Assembly (NCBI GenBank): GCA_965203295.1 | Contig: CBDBCZ010000014.1 | Span: forward strand, 736,001 to 800,000 | Length of the DNA stretch: 64,000 nt | Origin: Nitrospirales bacterium | GTDB lineage: Bacteria > Nitrospirota > Nitrospiria > Nitrospirales > UBA8639 | Reading direction: 5' to 3' | In this document: positions 1-12,488 of the stretch, piece after piece | Numbering within the stretch: the stretch's first letter is position 1 | How the letters are laid out: each line of letters opens with the position of its first letter | The notes under the pieces: generated by a model | Seen by the model: only the letters and a program-made list of their open reading frames with translations | Told to the model about the DNA's origin: nothing | Databases searched by the model: none | Translations under genes and position numbers: made by a program

Positions 1-166
1 TCTGTCTGTTAGTTTGTCTGTAGTTTTAGCATTTAGACCGTGTTTTCGTACTGCATTAGCCTCTCACTGTTGGTAAGTTTAGGGATTTAGCCATGTTTTT
101 GTACTGCATTAGGTGATATCTGTTAGTTAGTCTAGTTTAGTATTAGGGGAATGCAGAGTATTGTAG

Positions 167-322
167 GGCGAGCGTGAGCGAGCCTTTGAAATAAATGTGG
201 GAGTGCATTTGCGCATTTATGGTATGTAGGACTGTGCATTTTTTATGCACACACGCATGTACGGACGGACAAAATCACCATTCACAGCATTAAGGGGGAG
301 CTCGCTCGCGCTCACCCCAATT
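167..322. mobile_element. Short non-autonomous element with inverted ggggcgagcgNagcgagcc ends (Helentron/MITE-like)
   Basis: gggcgagcgtgagcgagcc at ~167 and gagctcgctcgcgctcaccccaat at ~298. The same termini occur at 21812-21970 and 29882-30619. Confidence 0.55.
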
Positions 323-459
323 AAAGTCGTGTTTAGGTAATGCATTGGTCTCTGTCAGTTAGTCTTACATTTTAGTATTTAAGCCGTGTTTCTCTACTAC
401 ATTTTTCTCTGTTAGTTATTGTGGTTATTTATTTTTAGGTCGTGTTTTTGTACTGCTAG

Positions 460-780
460 CTATGCAGTTTGGCTGGATTTACCCGACTGAATGTAATAGG
501 AAGCAGTCTACAACCAAACCTTCCCACATAAGCTGGTTTACAAGTGATTTCGGCATTATATGGTTGCTCTGGCCTAGCTGGTGCTTAATATGGGCACATG
601 TGTAGCACTCTGGGTAGCTTTTGTAGATTTAACAAAACAAAGTGAACAATTTATTCAATTACAAACGTACCACTACCTTGAATTGACTCTATTGAATGCT
701 ATAAGAAGATTCGCCTATGACTGAGCTTCCCACATGAGCTGTTATTAGGTGATTTATGCATTATATGCCAGCTTAGTCTC
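460..780. repeat. ~180-bp degenerate satellite array, segment 1
   Basis: Recurring blocks ctgaatgtaataggaagcagtct / cttcccacatgagctgg / gatttctgcattat. The same monomer recurs at 3120-3700, 7990-8176 and 14474-15730. Confidence 0.75.
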
Positions 781-1249
781 GTGCCCAGACCGTCGCTCCA
801 CCCTCGCTCAGACAGTCTGGCTCGCTAAGTCGAATTTTTTGGGTTTATGGGCGGAGCAACAAGCACGTTAATTAAATATTAGAAGTTTGAAATGCTTGTA
901 TAAAGGCTTACAGTCAAACAGCATTCTCTCTATGAGCTCTCCTGTGTAATCGATCATGTAGAAAGCAACTCTTTGCAAAGTCACAGTACATGTAGAGTCT
1001 TGCTTTATCCGCAGAAATACCTTGGGTTGATTTTCAACTAGCCCTTCTCTAATCAAGACTGTAGTTGTTAAAACTTCTAAGCAGCATAAACAACCGCGTC
1101 AACTGCTACTTCGTTCAAACCACTGCCAAATCTTGACTCAAACATCGCCATTTTATCGTTCCGTAATAGCATTCCAGAACGTAATAATTACAAATCCTGC
1201 GATCTCATTGGTCCTTACCACATTCCGGGAATAAGCCCAAGGAATTTAA

Positions 1250-3120
1250 CTTCACATTCATCCCCACATAACTTACACTGCCTATCATCATTTTTACCCC
1301 GATGTCTTCCTATCTTCATTCAGACCATTAGTACCAGACCTAAACTTAAACAACTATCGTGTTCCTGGATCCCCAACCCCCTGCAAGTAATTTTTAAATT
1401 CTATTTCCTTACAAAAAGGCTAGTAAAGACTAAGTTTAATTTTACTATTTAAGCCATCATTAAAGTCTTTATATTCTCTGCATCTCAATGCTTCATCTAC
1501 TCTCTCTAAAAACAAGTTTGCATTATAACCTTCACTAGTATTTCCTGACTGTCTAGATTTAACTACAGCGACAATTCACTATTACTTTCCTCCGAGTCTT
1601 CCTCTGCCTACCCCTGCACGGCTTCACCTCCCACTCACTGTCTAGTAGTAGTCTAGGATATCTCTCAGTATTCAAATTATTAACTTTATACCACCACTTA
1701 AGTTTGCATCTACCCTCCTGCCTTTCAAAGATTCTAACCCCATATCCCCCCTTTCTGCTTCACTACACTTTTTAGAAGAGCAACCAAGCATCTTTTTAGC
1801 TGCTCCTAGCTGAATAGATTCCAAGGAAGCTGTCTGCCTTTTATTACAAGCCCACACTTCACTACCATAATCTGAAATAGGGCGAAGTACCGAAACTAAC
1901 AATAACCTTCTTGCAACTGTACTGATATTTCAACAGATTACCCGGGTCCTCAGCATCACCTTTCTTATACAAGCTAACAATTAACCCTTGACTCCATTGT
2001 TTAGGAATACTCTCCTCTATCCAAACTACCCCATACAAGGCTTTCAACAGATTAGCCGTCCCTTTGCCACCGTTCTTAAAAAGCTCCCCATCATAACCTC
2101 CTGTTTTATTATTCTTTAGGCTTTTAGAACACTTTTTAATTTCTGCATAACTAATCCCTCTATCCAAAACCTTATCCTTCTGCGAACTAGATATTTCACT
2201 ATACTCTGTCACTTTCTTTTCTATGTGCTCTTTCCAACTATAATCAAACTGATCATCCACAGAAGCTGTACCCAACCTTTCATAATGCTCACATAATACT
2301 TCCAACTTTCCCTTAGTACTGGTTACACATGAACCCGAAGTACTCCTCAAAGAAGCAATACCCTTACGACTACCTATTGAAGTCCTGCCAACAAATGCCC
2401 AGAACTCGATCTTTCCTGTTTTCATAAAAATCTTTATTAGCCTTTTCAATCACCTCATTCCAACTATCTAATTTTTTTCTTACATACCAATTCCTTGATT
2501 TCTGACCGTAATTTGTAATACTCCCCCCATTTCTCTTCCCTGCCACTGCTAATCTCCTTATAAACCTGTCTCCTCAACCTAATCTTCTCTTTAATCTCAG
2601 CATCTCACCACCTCGCTGCTTTGCCACACACTATCACCTTTTCCCCAATTTCTTTTGATGCTACCCTCTTGACTGTCTCTTCCCAACCCTGAACCACTGC
2701 CTTCACTAATTCTGATCCCCTCAACCCCAGTCTTCCATTGACGTACCCTTCCTTTAAACCCATCTACTTCTACACTTAAGGCTTCCTGATACTTCTGTCG
2801 CACTTCCTCGTCCTGAAACCGTTCAATGCGCCATTTCTTAATCACCCGCTTCTGTTGTTTAGTGGTTTTTACAGTTGTCCTACCCAATTCCATCCATACC
2901 AGAAAGTGATCCGATTTTCCTATATCCACTGTGTCTAACTGCACACTCCCTGAAACCTGCAACAAGTTGGAATCAGTAACTATATAATCAATGATAGACT
3001 TCTGCTTCAGAGAAGGTCTAGCTCTAGTCCACTGTGGTTCCACAGTGAACTCGCGGCCATTACAGACTACAAGCTCAACCTCATTTAAAAAGGAAATCAA
3101 CCTGTTACCACTCGCATTAG
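1250..3120 (-). mobile_element. Degenerate non-LTR (LINE) retrotransposon: endonuclease C-terminus, partial RT, C-terminal region
   Basis: Minus ORFs contain APE motifs (NASGNRLISFL, SIIDY, SDHFLV), pre-RT motifs (W..GLIVSLYKKGD..DPGN) and a post-RT motif (LRP..DYGSEVW). There are frameshifts and the RT core is missing. Confidence 0.85.
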
Positions 3121-3705
3121 TATGTAGTTTTTGTAGAAAAGAAAAAATTATCAACATGCATCCACCTTGCATTGATCTACTGAATGTAAAAGGAAGCAGT
3201 CTAAAGGCTGGGTTAACACAAGCTGGTTGATAGGGGATGTTTGCATTATTATGCTTGCTATGGCTTGGTGGTTTCTTTGGGAACATCTGTAGTACGTAGT
3301 TTTTGTGAACGGAAACGAAACTAATTATATTAGAAAAATGCAGCTACCTTAGATTGACTCTACTGAATGTAATAGGAAGCAGTCTACTACCTGGGCTTCC
3401 CACATGATGTGGTTATTAAGTGATTTCTGCATCTATGGTTTGGGGCTTTCTATGGTAATATATGTAACTTTAGTAGTTTTTATGAAAGAAAGGGAACACG
3501 TTATTAAATTTCAAATGTGCAGCTACCTTAGATTGACTTTAGTAACTGTAATAGAAAGCATTGAGTTTTCTGTGTGGACTGGTTTTTAGGTGTTTTCTGC
3601 AAATCATGGTTGCTATGGTTTGGTGCTTACTAAGTGGTACTAAGGGTCACTTTAGTTGTTTTTGCAAAAAAGGAGAACAGTTTATTACATTACGAACATG
3701 CAGCT
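3120..3705. repeat. ~180-bp satellite array, segment 2
   Basis: About 3 monomers containing gcagctaccttagattgactctactgaatgtaataggaagcagtct. Confidence 0.8.
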
Positions 3706-5537
3706 ATGCTTCTCTGAAATACAAAACGACCCTCAGTCTCTTACATATTATAAAGATATTGATGAAAGAATTTGGCAACAGATATATAAGGAATGCAAAG
3801 AAACCCTGCAGTAGTTGTCAAACCATCTCTCCAAAATGTGAAATGCTACTTTTTTGAACAGTATGATGGAAAGAAGCATTTAGAGAATGATTTGACGAAA
3901 CTCTGTATTGCCATGAATAGATGTAATGAATTAAAACCTTCAGACAATAAACTACCTGCCTTTGAATTTCAATGGATTGCTGATGCAGTTGCTTGTATTG
4001 AATTATATAAGCATCTTTGTCAGTATGCTACAGCAGCTGAAGCAATTATTAAGTTACATGGCACACTTGGGTTGACTGGTGACTTTACTGTTGTGAAAAC
4101 ACTGTCAAAAGCTGTAAGCAACTATGGCCACATAATTTAGGTAGTTTATAACTACCATCTACATGAGTTGCCACGTACATGTACATCCAGATTTCTTCTC
4201 ACATTATTCCCAACAAAATTGTGGTGCCCATTATTCTCAAATTATTCTGGGACTGATTTGTCAAGGCCTATCAGTGTGTCCATACCACTAAGTGTACATC
4301 AGAGGCCACATTCCAGTATAATGAGACTTCAAGCTAATGAATGAGTATGGAACATGGCTGTAGCGTACATAACTGTCTGCAGGCATATGTCCTAACTGAA
4401 AGTCTCATTATATATACATGTGAAATTATAGTCCTGTACCTCGCTGTACAGTCGTGTAGAAGTGAGCAAGACTGACTGAAGTTATAACTAGGCAAACAGC
4501 CACTTTCTAGCAGCTGTAGTATAGCTGTGGACACCGTGAGTCCAGTCCAGTGCGATCCATTTCTGTTGAGTCCAGTCCACCAGTCCAGGTAGATTGTGTC
4601 CATACGATGCCTGGGTAACGCTATCATTGCTGTATTAGAAAACCCTTTCTTCATGGCTGTTTGAGCATTTAAATTTTGACTGCTTTTTTTGGCTGTTATA
4701 CATTTTGTTGTAACTGCCACAGGCTCGAATTCAGCTCAAATACAATTTTGAATGTAAGGTGCTACAATAGCCCTCTTGATAGGTAAATAAAGTATACTAA
4801 CACAGTTTCCACACCGTACATTGATTGGCTGTGCAACATTTGTGCAAACTGTCATGTGGACAACACATGATTGCCAGCACAATAAAAACAACTCATCTCT
4901 TCTCCAGCGCTTGTATAAGTCTAAAAAAATTAAACTACACCCAGGTCACAATTGTATCTGTAGTTACTCACCTGTATATACTTTGCATACTTGGTATTGT
5001 GGTTGCCTACGCGATAGTACTATACATAAGCTACTATACAATACACTATTCCTGTAGGAATCTTTCCTCACGTTATTTATCACAATTTACAGTGACTCAT
5101 GGAAGTGGAACTGAGAAATATTTGGAACTTCAAGAATTGGGTGAGGCACTGAAAGAAATTTCCTACCCAGCATTGGAGAAAGGTAATAAAAACATGGTAT
5201 TTGTAATTCAGTCAGTAAACAACTGTGCACTATACAAATACACAATCATGTATTATTTTAATGATATTCCTTAGATATACTCGAACGTAGGAGGACAGGA
5301 ATCAAGTTTACAACCATCGATGGACAGCACAATCCAATCTTATTGTAGTGATGAAATTAAGGTACGTCACCCGGTTAAAGGAGTGTTATGTGTATCTGTG
5401 TATTAAGTAAAGTGTTTTTGTAAATACAGAGGAAGTCTGGAAAGCAGTGCTGTATCTGTATATGAAAGACTCTTCTTTACCACTGCCTACATTTGAAGAG
5501 GCTCTAATCTGCACGCCCTCAACAACAACTGAAGAGG
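3705..5537 (+). pseudogene. RNF213: RNF213 (mysterin)-like gene fragment; exons ~3705-4113, 5058-5182, ~5277-5361, ~5431-5537
   Basis: AAEAIIKLHGTLGLTGDFTVV and VLYLYMKDSSLPLPTFEEALICTPSTTTEE resemble RNF213 segments upstream of the AAA modules. GT donors at 4114, 5183, 5362 and 5538. Frameshift near 3790, 5' end abuts satellite, and intervening exons appear missing. Confidence 0.7.
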
Positions 5538-6142
5538 TTAGCTTTTTTCTAATCAATAATGTGGTTCAAGATAATAAATAACTATCATAAAAGTTGTCCT
5601 GAAGATGATGTTCATACTATTCTGTTGTATTTCCAAGATTGTACCTCGATCATTATATTTTCAAAGAGGGAGACACCAATCATTCTTTCCCTTACCTGCA
5701 TGCCATACTAATCAGTGTATACTGACAATCGTACCTAGGAGAGCATGCTAGCCACATTCCCAGGTGCTCAGAAAAGGAGCACCAGGTATCTAGACTTCAC
5801 ACATACGTACATTGGAATCATGAAGAAATGTCCTCATGAATGATTTGAGTCACATGGCAAGGAATTGGCATGGTGGCAGTATTCAAGTGGAAGAACTAGT
5901 ATGTACCTGACATTTGGGATTAAAACGGTTTTCCAAGTCGGCTTGTCCACATTATGCTAGTGTAATTTTGAGCATAGTAGGTGGGACTTGGCATAGGGGA
6001 ATTATGCCAGCATACAAAAGTGAATAAATACCTGTACCTGTAATAACCGGTGGTTTATTAGCTGATTCTTTCAACAATCACCGACAACAGTGCCTGGAAG
6101 ACTACATTAAAGCTTCTATTATGTTACAACAACAACTGACTT

Positions 6143-6664
6143 TTATTACCCCTCGCGCATATGCGCAAGCGGGGTTAAGTAATCGGTTTTGTCCGTCTGT
6201 CGTTGTCGTCATCGTTGTCGTCGTCTGTCATAAAAAGTTTTGAAGAAACCTTTGAACGGGTGATTTACAGGCTATAACGATTTCTAAACAGAAGGTTAAC
6301 GTTGAAATCCGTGAAATATTAACTTGTCTGTACCTGATATAGTAGAAAGTGGTTTTATTCTCGGCATTTCCACGCTTTTTCTGATTATCGGTGTGTTCCA
6401 CCATTTTTTAATACAGCAATTGGTCACACCTTTTTTAATACGGCAGTTAGTCACACCTACAGCTTGAATACGGACATACGTGAGCCCTCAAGTATGGTAT
6501 ACGAGTCTTTTACTCAACATGGAGCTTAGAAAGCATACTGGAGTATACGTAGAGAAACGCCGTATCATTACTACGGCGATCAGCCACACCTACAGCTCGT
6601 ACACAGCGTTACAGTCTGCAGGGTCCAGGAGCGCGGGGTATGTCTCTGCTAGAGACCTCTAGTT
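6143..6664 (+). mobile_element. DINE-1/HINE-like non-autonomous Helentron, family A
   Basis: Starts ttattaccc, has a gtccgtctgtcgt microsatellite, subterminal gcggggtatg, a 3' stem-loop gtctctgctagagac and a ctagtt end. Copies at 16644-17174 (-) and 28635-29178 (+). Confidence 0.75.
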
Positions 6665-6909
6665 TGTAGTTGTGTGGACTATTGCATTTTGGCATGATGT
6701 GCATCGTACACATTCCCACAGTGTTTTTGTGTTCCAAATTGTGTAGCATACTGAGCAATTGAAATATATGTAATGGAGGTATAATAGGAATTTTGCATAA
6801 TGTGGACAAGCCTGTTTCCAAGCCATTAAGAACAGTAAGTAATCCACGTAGTAGCAGTAGTCCCAGAAAATCTGGGAATTTACCATCATGTACTTCCAGT
6901 TGACTCACT

Positions 6910-6969
6910 TATTTACTGTTCTTGGTGGCTTGGAAAAGCCTGTTTCCAAGCCACCAAGAACAGTAAATA
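6910..6969. repeat. Perfect short hairpin with adjacent direct duplication
   Basis: tttactgttcttggtggcttggaaa-agcctg-tttccaagccaccaagaacagtaaa. 6808-6864 duplicates 6936-6993. Confidence 0.7.
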
Positions 6970-8175
6970 ATCTACGTAGTAGCGGTAGTCCCATTTGATG
7001 GGATAACTTGGTCTGGTGTAGCAATAGTTCCACGTTCCTCAGGTCAGCTGTGCATGTACGTACAAACTGTGGCTACCACACCACTTTAAGATCATACACG
7101 TGGCTTGGGAAAGAGGCTACTACACGACCATTATTGCTCCACCCCACCCCAACCAACCCAAGAAAGAAACCTCAAAGAAGAAACTATTGTAAGAGTAAAA
7201 GGTGTAGATAAAATCAAACAAACAAGGTTGAAGCAACCATTGCAGTACTGCGGGAGTGTTTATGTGTATTGAACACCAATGCATGCACTAACAACCAATC
7301 AAATGTAACAGTAACTATATTGTGACTGATAGACGGACGTGTGGATGTAGTGAAGAATTGCTGTGGGTAGTATAAAACTTTAGTAACACTGTTTCCTTGT
7401 AAAACATGTTCAAAAATTGGTAGGGGTATGCCTATAAATGTGATCAACATATATTAGCCTCGTTCCCACTGTTTATCTCACTTTTCTCCCCAGCGGCAAT
7501 GGTGGGAAGGACAGGGAACAAGGCTAAGCTATATAACCATATAGTACTGTTACTATTTTTTACTATAGTACTGTTTTTATATTTTAGTATACTCATCCCA
7601 CCTATATGTACTGTTATATTCGATAGGTCACACTACTGTGGCGGCGAGCTGTCAGCGATCCAGAAAAAAGTGAATCTTTTGTCTAGTACATGCTGAGAAG
7701 CTTTCCTATCAAGTTTGTGATGAAGCCCTCAGAGAACGTGATATCATCACACAAGGATGTCCTGGTATGTTAATGTAACAAAGCAACTACAGTTTCTGGA
7801 AACACACCAGAAAACAAGTTGTACTATATACTGTGTGGGTGGTTCCAAGGTAGTCTCAGGAACCTGAGTCTGATTCCTGAGACTACGTGCCTGTGTTAGT
7901 AATAACTAAAGGCACTTACATGAAATCAAATCCCACTGAAGGCTTGCTACCTGTATGTGCACTGTCAGGAGTAGTGAGAATTGCACACTTTTTGCAGCGT
8001 AGGATTACTAGTAATTATAATCATGGGGTACACGAGCTGGTTGCTTGAGTTTCCCACATGAGCTGGTGTTTTTTATGATTTCTGCATTATATATATAAGC
8101 TTGCTATGGTTGGTGCTTTCTTCATGAACTCACGTAGTACTTTGTAGTTTTTGCATTATCGACATGTAGCTACCT

Positions 8176-8469
8176 TTTAACACATTGGGCATGTATCGCA
8201 GTATATTTTGGAGGATAAATGGGGCAGAACCTGCAGCCGGGGTAAATATTAAACCTGTATTTAAAATTGGGCATTGGCAGTAGATGGCATTGCATTGGGC
8301 TTTGGGCATTTGCAGAGTTAGCATATTTGTGAGCAGCGGCCTAGCAAGAAACAAGCCATTAGCATTAGGCATTTGCATGTGCATGATTTTAGCATAGAGC
8401 AGCTTGGCTTTGCATAGCACCACAGAGCACTGTGGATGGCAAAATTGGTCTTTCGAGCTTTTAGCGCCC
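8176..8469 (-). repeat. Ngaro split direct repeat B2 (294 bp)
   Basis: Identical by eye to 8870-9163 (tttaacacattggg...ttttagcgccc). Confidence 0.95.
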
Positions 8470-8571
8470 CCGGCAGCAGGCCTGCCAACTACAAAAACGA
8501 AACCTTGCAAAGAAAAAAAAAGCAAGAGAAAAACAGTCAAAAACTGACATTTCATGGGAGGGTGGGTGGGT

Positions 8572-8870
8572 AACAGATTTAGCAAAGTTTGAACTGTCTA
8601 GCTAGCACGTAGGGAATGCAAAGGCAGCAAGACTGATGGTGCTGAACTGAACCTGGCTTAAGTAAAGGCAGGAACAGGTTGACCGGGTTTTATGATCTCA
8701 TGTGAACTATGGCCGCAAATAACTTAACAGCTATTCAAGCTGAATGGGTTGAAGCCAGCTGTGTGAAGTCTCTATCACAAGGGCATCAGCTGAGCATGTG
8801 GCATCAGCTGATCACATGCAGGGAACATGCTATGTGTTAACTGACATTTGGGCAAAGCTCAAATGAGAAT
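8572..8870 (-). repeat. Ngaro split direct repeat A2 (299 bp)
   Basis: Identical by eye to 14175-14473 (aacagatttagc...aaatgagaat). Confidence 0.95.
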
Positions 8871-9163
8871 TTAACACATTGGGCATGTATCGCAGTATAT
8901 TTTGGAGGATAAATGGGGCAGAACCTGCAGCCGGGGTAAATATTAAACCTGTATTTAAAATTGGGCATTGGCAGTAGATGGCATTGCATTGGGCTTTGGG
9001 CATTTGCAGAGTTAGCATATTTGTGAGCAGCGGCCTAGCAAGAAACAAGCCATTAGCATTAGGCATTTGCATGTGCATGATTTTAGCATAGAGCAGCTTG
9101 GCTTTGCATAGCACCACAGAGCACTGTGGATGGCAAAATTGGTCTTTCGAGCTTTTAGCGCCC
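8870..9163 (-). repeat. Ngaro split direct repeat B1
   Basis: Copy of B2. AATAAA lies on the minus strand just before it (9171-9166). Confidence 0.95.
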
Positions 9164-9468
9164 AATTTATTTACCCCAAATTTGCTGAACTCTGGCCGCA
9201 GGAATTCTACCCCATTACCCTATTTGATAGACTCCATAGGTATGACCCACCTCTGTAGCACAAGGTGTAGGCTGGCTTGCCTAGTGCATGTGTGACTGCC
9301 ACAGGATGGTTGGGAGTTGCGTATACTGCTGGGATTAGAGGTAAGGTGCTGTGCTGCAAACAAACGACTTTGCTTTGGGTGCTTGGAATGCATGTGTAAG
9401 CGCAGGCTTGGCTTGGGTGCTGAGGATGTGCTGAAAAGGGGTGCTGGTACATGTAGTATGGGTGCTTG

Positions 9469-10502
9469 CTATGGAGAATTTATGGATTGGACAGCTGCCA
9501 TGGCCCTTGTGGCATCGGTGAAGATACTGGGAGGGGTTTTAATGTAGCGTGTGTAGCAGGGGCTGGACCATCTGCCAAGGGCCTGGATTTGCCAGTCTGG
9601 GATACCAGCTGCAGCGGCAGTGGTGGCCGCTCCGATTCTGAAGGAATGGCTTGCATAGTGTAGGTGATTAACACCCACCTGAGTGAGCAGTCTGCGGAGG
9701 AGCGTAGTGAGGGCAGTGCGGGTGAGGTAGCTACCATTGTGGAACTGGAAGAGGGGTTTGTGTGGCAACCTGGGGGCTAGTATGAGGTATTTACGCAGTG
9801 CAGTTACTGGGCAGGTCGATGTAGAGGTGGCTCCAACAGTGAGTGTAGAGCCTTGTCGAAAAGGGTCGGTTTTGGATGACCGGATAGTGAGAAGTAACTG
9901 GTGGCTGTGTAGTTGGACATCTGAGAGTAGGAGGGTGCAGCTGGCATCAAAATAGTGAGGGCTGGGGGCCACAAATTCACTGGACCGAAGGAAGGCATAG
10001 AATGCCAGTGTGAAAGCAGCCCAGAGCATGCGTTTGTCGTGAAGGGAGATGTTGTGCGTGTGATGAAGTTGGACCTTTAGTTGGCGGAGGGTGGTAATGG
10101 TGATCGGGAGACGTACTCGGTTCCCATCACCCTGCTCACGTCGGATCCCTTTGACCGTATATTGTAACAGAGTGTCTTGGGTGGGGTCTGGGTATCCTAG
10201 CTCGATGTGCTGTAGGCGAATGGCATTGAGATAAACTTTGATAGTGGGGTGCTTGACTGACGATGCTATAAATGTGCAAAAATAACGCAATGTGAGGGGG
10301 GATGCGGGGAATGGGCGAAGGTGGTAGGCGATGCAAAAGTGCTTAAAGCGGGTAATGCCAGATGTATAGGTTCGGCGTGTGCTTGGTGCTACCCCGAGGC
10401 GCTGGTAATGGTGCAGCTTTGATGTTAAGGCTCGATCAGTGGAGCAGGGATGTTGGGCAGGGTTGGTTCGGCATTGGCATTCGGAGCGAGCTCCTGGAAC
10501 GC
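9469..10502 (-). CDS. Tyrosine recombinase of the Ngaro element; frame open upstream of the tracked ORF; probably exon 2 of a spliced Gag-YR mRNA
   Basis: Catalytic R (FLRSSE), K (SKTD), HxxR (HSFRIG), W (GRWSS) and Y (RYI). The frame extends upstream through LGVAPSTRRTY to a TGA at ~10530 with no ATG. Confidence 0.9.
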
Positions 10503-12488
10503 CTGGAGGGAAAAACGAGACAGGGCATCAGCTATCCTATTATTGGCTCCTGCGATGTGGGTGACAGCAATGTTGAAATTATTGTGGGCAGCTGTGAAGT
10601 AAAGTGTACGGACTAGGACCATGACATCTTTGGCACGTGAAGACCCCTTCCTCCAAATACTCACGACTGCTTCGTTGTCGCAGTGAAACAGGATTTTACG
10701 TCGCGACCAGAGGTTACCCCACGTGGCAGCAGCGACAACTATGGCAAAGAGTTCCTTCCACGTGATAGAATGCTGGTCCTGAGAGGCGGTCCAATGACCG
10801 TTAAACCACCGCCCAGCCCAGTAAGCACCAAAGCCGATGGTGCTGGATGCGTCTGTGTAGAGCTCAATATCCGGGGCCTTCGTCCAGTAGGTGTCAAGGA
10901 ACAGGCTGGTGCCAGACCAGGTTGGAAGGAAGTCGTGCCACCACTGGATGTCCAGCCGTGCAGCTTCGTCCATCGTCACGTGGTGGTGGAGAGGGGTAAC
11001 TGTGGTACTAAGATCAATCAGACGCCGCAAGAAGATGCGGCCAGCTGGGACCACCTTGCAGGCGAAAGACAGCTTGCCGATGAGAGACAGCAGTTCTCTC
11101 TTAGTACAGGTGCGACGGTGGTGGAATCTGGTGAGCTCGTCCCGAAGTTCACGTTTACGTTCGGCCGTGATACTCGCCTGCATACTAACTGAGTCCAGCT
11201 GGATTCCGAGGAAGGTGAGGGTAGTTGATGGGCCTTCAACTTTTTCGGGTTTTACTGGGGCTCCAAGGCGTGAACATACCTCTAGCATGGTGGACATGGA
11301 CTCTCGACATGTGATGGAGTGGGGCGGTCCTGCTGTAAAGAAGTCATCCAGATAGTGGATGAGGTGGTGGATGCCGTAGTTGTTGGCCAAGATCCACTCC
11401 AGGGCAGTAGCGACTGTGTTGAAGAGAAACGGTGCGGATCGAAGGCCGAAGGGGAGGCACTTATCCACATAGAAGGCTCCTTTCCAGTGGATCCCGAGAA
11501 GGTGACGGTCTTGTGGCCGAACAGGGCAGAGCCGGAAGGCATTCTTCAAGTCTATCTTTCCCATAAGGGAGCCTGGACCTAGCGTATTGATGATAGAAAT
11601 GGCATCGTCAACGGAGGAGTACGTCAGGGAGAAAGCATCTGCATCGATAGAGTCATTAATGCTACGTCCATGGGGGGCTGATAGGTGGCAAATGACGCGC
11701 CAGCCACCGTCCTTCTTGGGCACAACTCCAAGGCCAGAGCATCGCATGTTGGTGAGCGGGGGAGTAGGGAATGGGCCAGCCATCCGACATGCGTGACATT
11801 CTTTAGCAATGGCTGCATCGATGATGTGTGCGTGTGTGTGTGCGGTGGGCAGGTGCTGTGCGATGTGCATGAATTGTGGGCCATTATAGCCAATGTTGAA
11901 GCCGTGTCTAAGATGGGTCAATAGGCGGCTGACAAAGCCTTTGTCAGGATGATAGCGTAATTCGCGCTCGAACTCGAGCGGTCGTAAGGAGGTGTCAATA
12001 CTGCTAAGGTCCTTGAGGTGGTGGCCTCGGACACTCGCTGTAGGGGTGAGTGCCACCGCAGGGGCAGCGGTGGATGTGCTTGCAGGGGGAGCGGGTGCAG
12101 ATTCTGTAGTTGTAGTCTCGGCACAGTTCCCTTGAGGAGGTGGCCGGAGAGGACTGATATTGGTCCCTGAAGGAGGCTGGAGGAAGCGGTGTGCGTCGAG
12201 CAGTCGTTCCTGTAGTAGGTCGAGGCGGAGTGCGTTGGCGAGGGCGGCGAAAGGGATTGCTACCGCAGTTATCTGGGTAGTGGGAGGTACTGCCGCAGTA
12301 CGTGCAGGGGAGGCGAACCCTGCGCAGGCCACTACTACCGTTCCTGCTAGGGGAACGAATGCATTCGAGCCATAGATCACTGTGCTTGACGTCCCAGCGA
12401 AGGGACTTGTCGCATGCAGCGAGGGCTCGGAATTTGGAGTCATATTGCAGCCACTCCGCAGGTGGGTGTTTAGACGCGGCGTTGCCAA
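10425..12488 (-). CDS. Reverse transcriptase + RNase H (pol) of the Ngaro element
   Basis: KIDLKNAF, LPFGLRSAP, YLDDF, FLG; RNase H motifs YTDAS, KEL, HCDN, N.IADALSR. Overlaps gag in the +1 frame; true start unknown. Confidence 0.95.
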   Translation of the reverse strand: MATPRLNTHLRSGCNMTPNSEPSLHATSPFAGTSSTVIYGSNAFVPLAGTVVVACAGFASPARTAAVPPTTQITAVAIPFAALANALRLDLLQERLLDAHRFLQPPSGTNISPLRPPPQGNCAETTTTESAPAPPASTSTAAPAVALTPTASVRGHHLKDLSSIDTSLRPLEFERELRYHPDKGFVSRLLTHLRHGFNIGYNGPQFMHIAQHLPTAHTHAHIIDAAIAKECHACRMAGPFPTPPLTNMRCSGLGVVPKKDGGWRVICHLSAPHGRSINDSIDADAFSLTYSSVDDAISIINTLGPGSLMGKIDLKNAFRLCPVRPQDRHLLGIHWKGAFYVDKCLPFGLRSAPFLFNTVATALEWILANNYGIHHLIHYLDDFFTAGPPHSITCRESMSTMLEVCSRLGAPVKPEKVEGPSTTLTFLGIQLDSVSMQASITAERKRELRDELTRFHHRRTCTKRELLSLIGKLSFACKVVPAGRIFLRRLIDLSTTVTPLHHHVTMDEAARLDIQWWHDFLPTWSGTSLFLDTYWTKAPDIELYTDASSTIGFGAYWAGRWFNGHWTASQDQHSITWKELFAIVVAAATWGNLWSRRKILFHCDNEAVVSIWRKGSSRAKDVMVLVRTLYFTAAHNNFNIAVTHIAGANNRIADALSRFSLQAFQELAPNANAEPTLPNIPAPLIEP

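Noticed and set aside
8130..9165. Two ORFs with identical peptide (GAKSSKDQFCHPQ...)
   Set aside because: They are translations of the Ngaro B1/B2 repeats, with no protein-like features.
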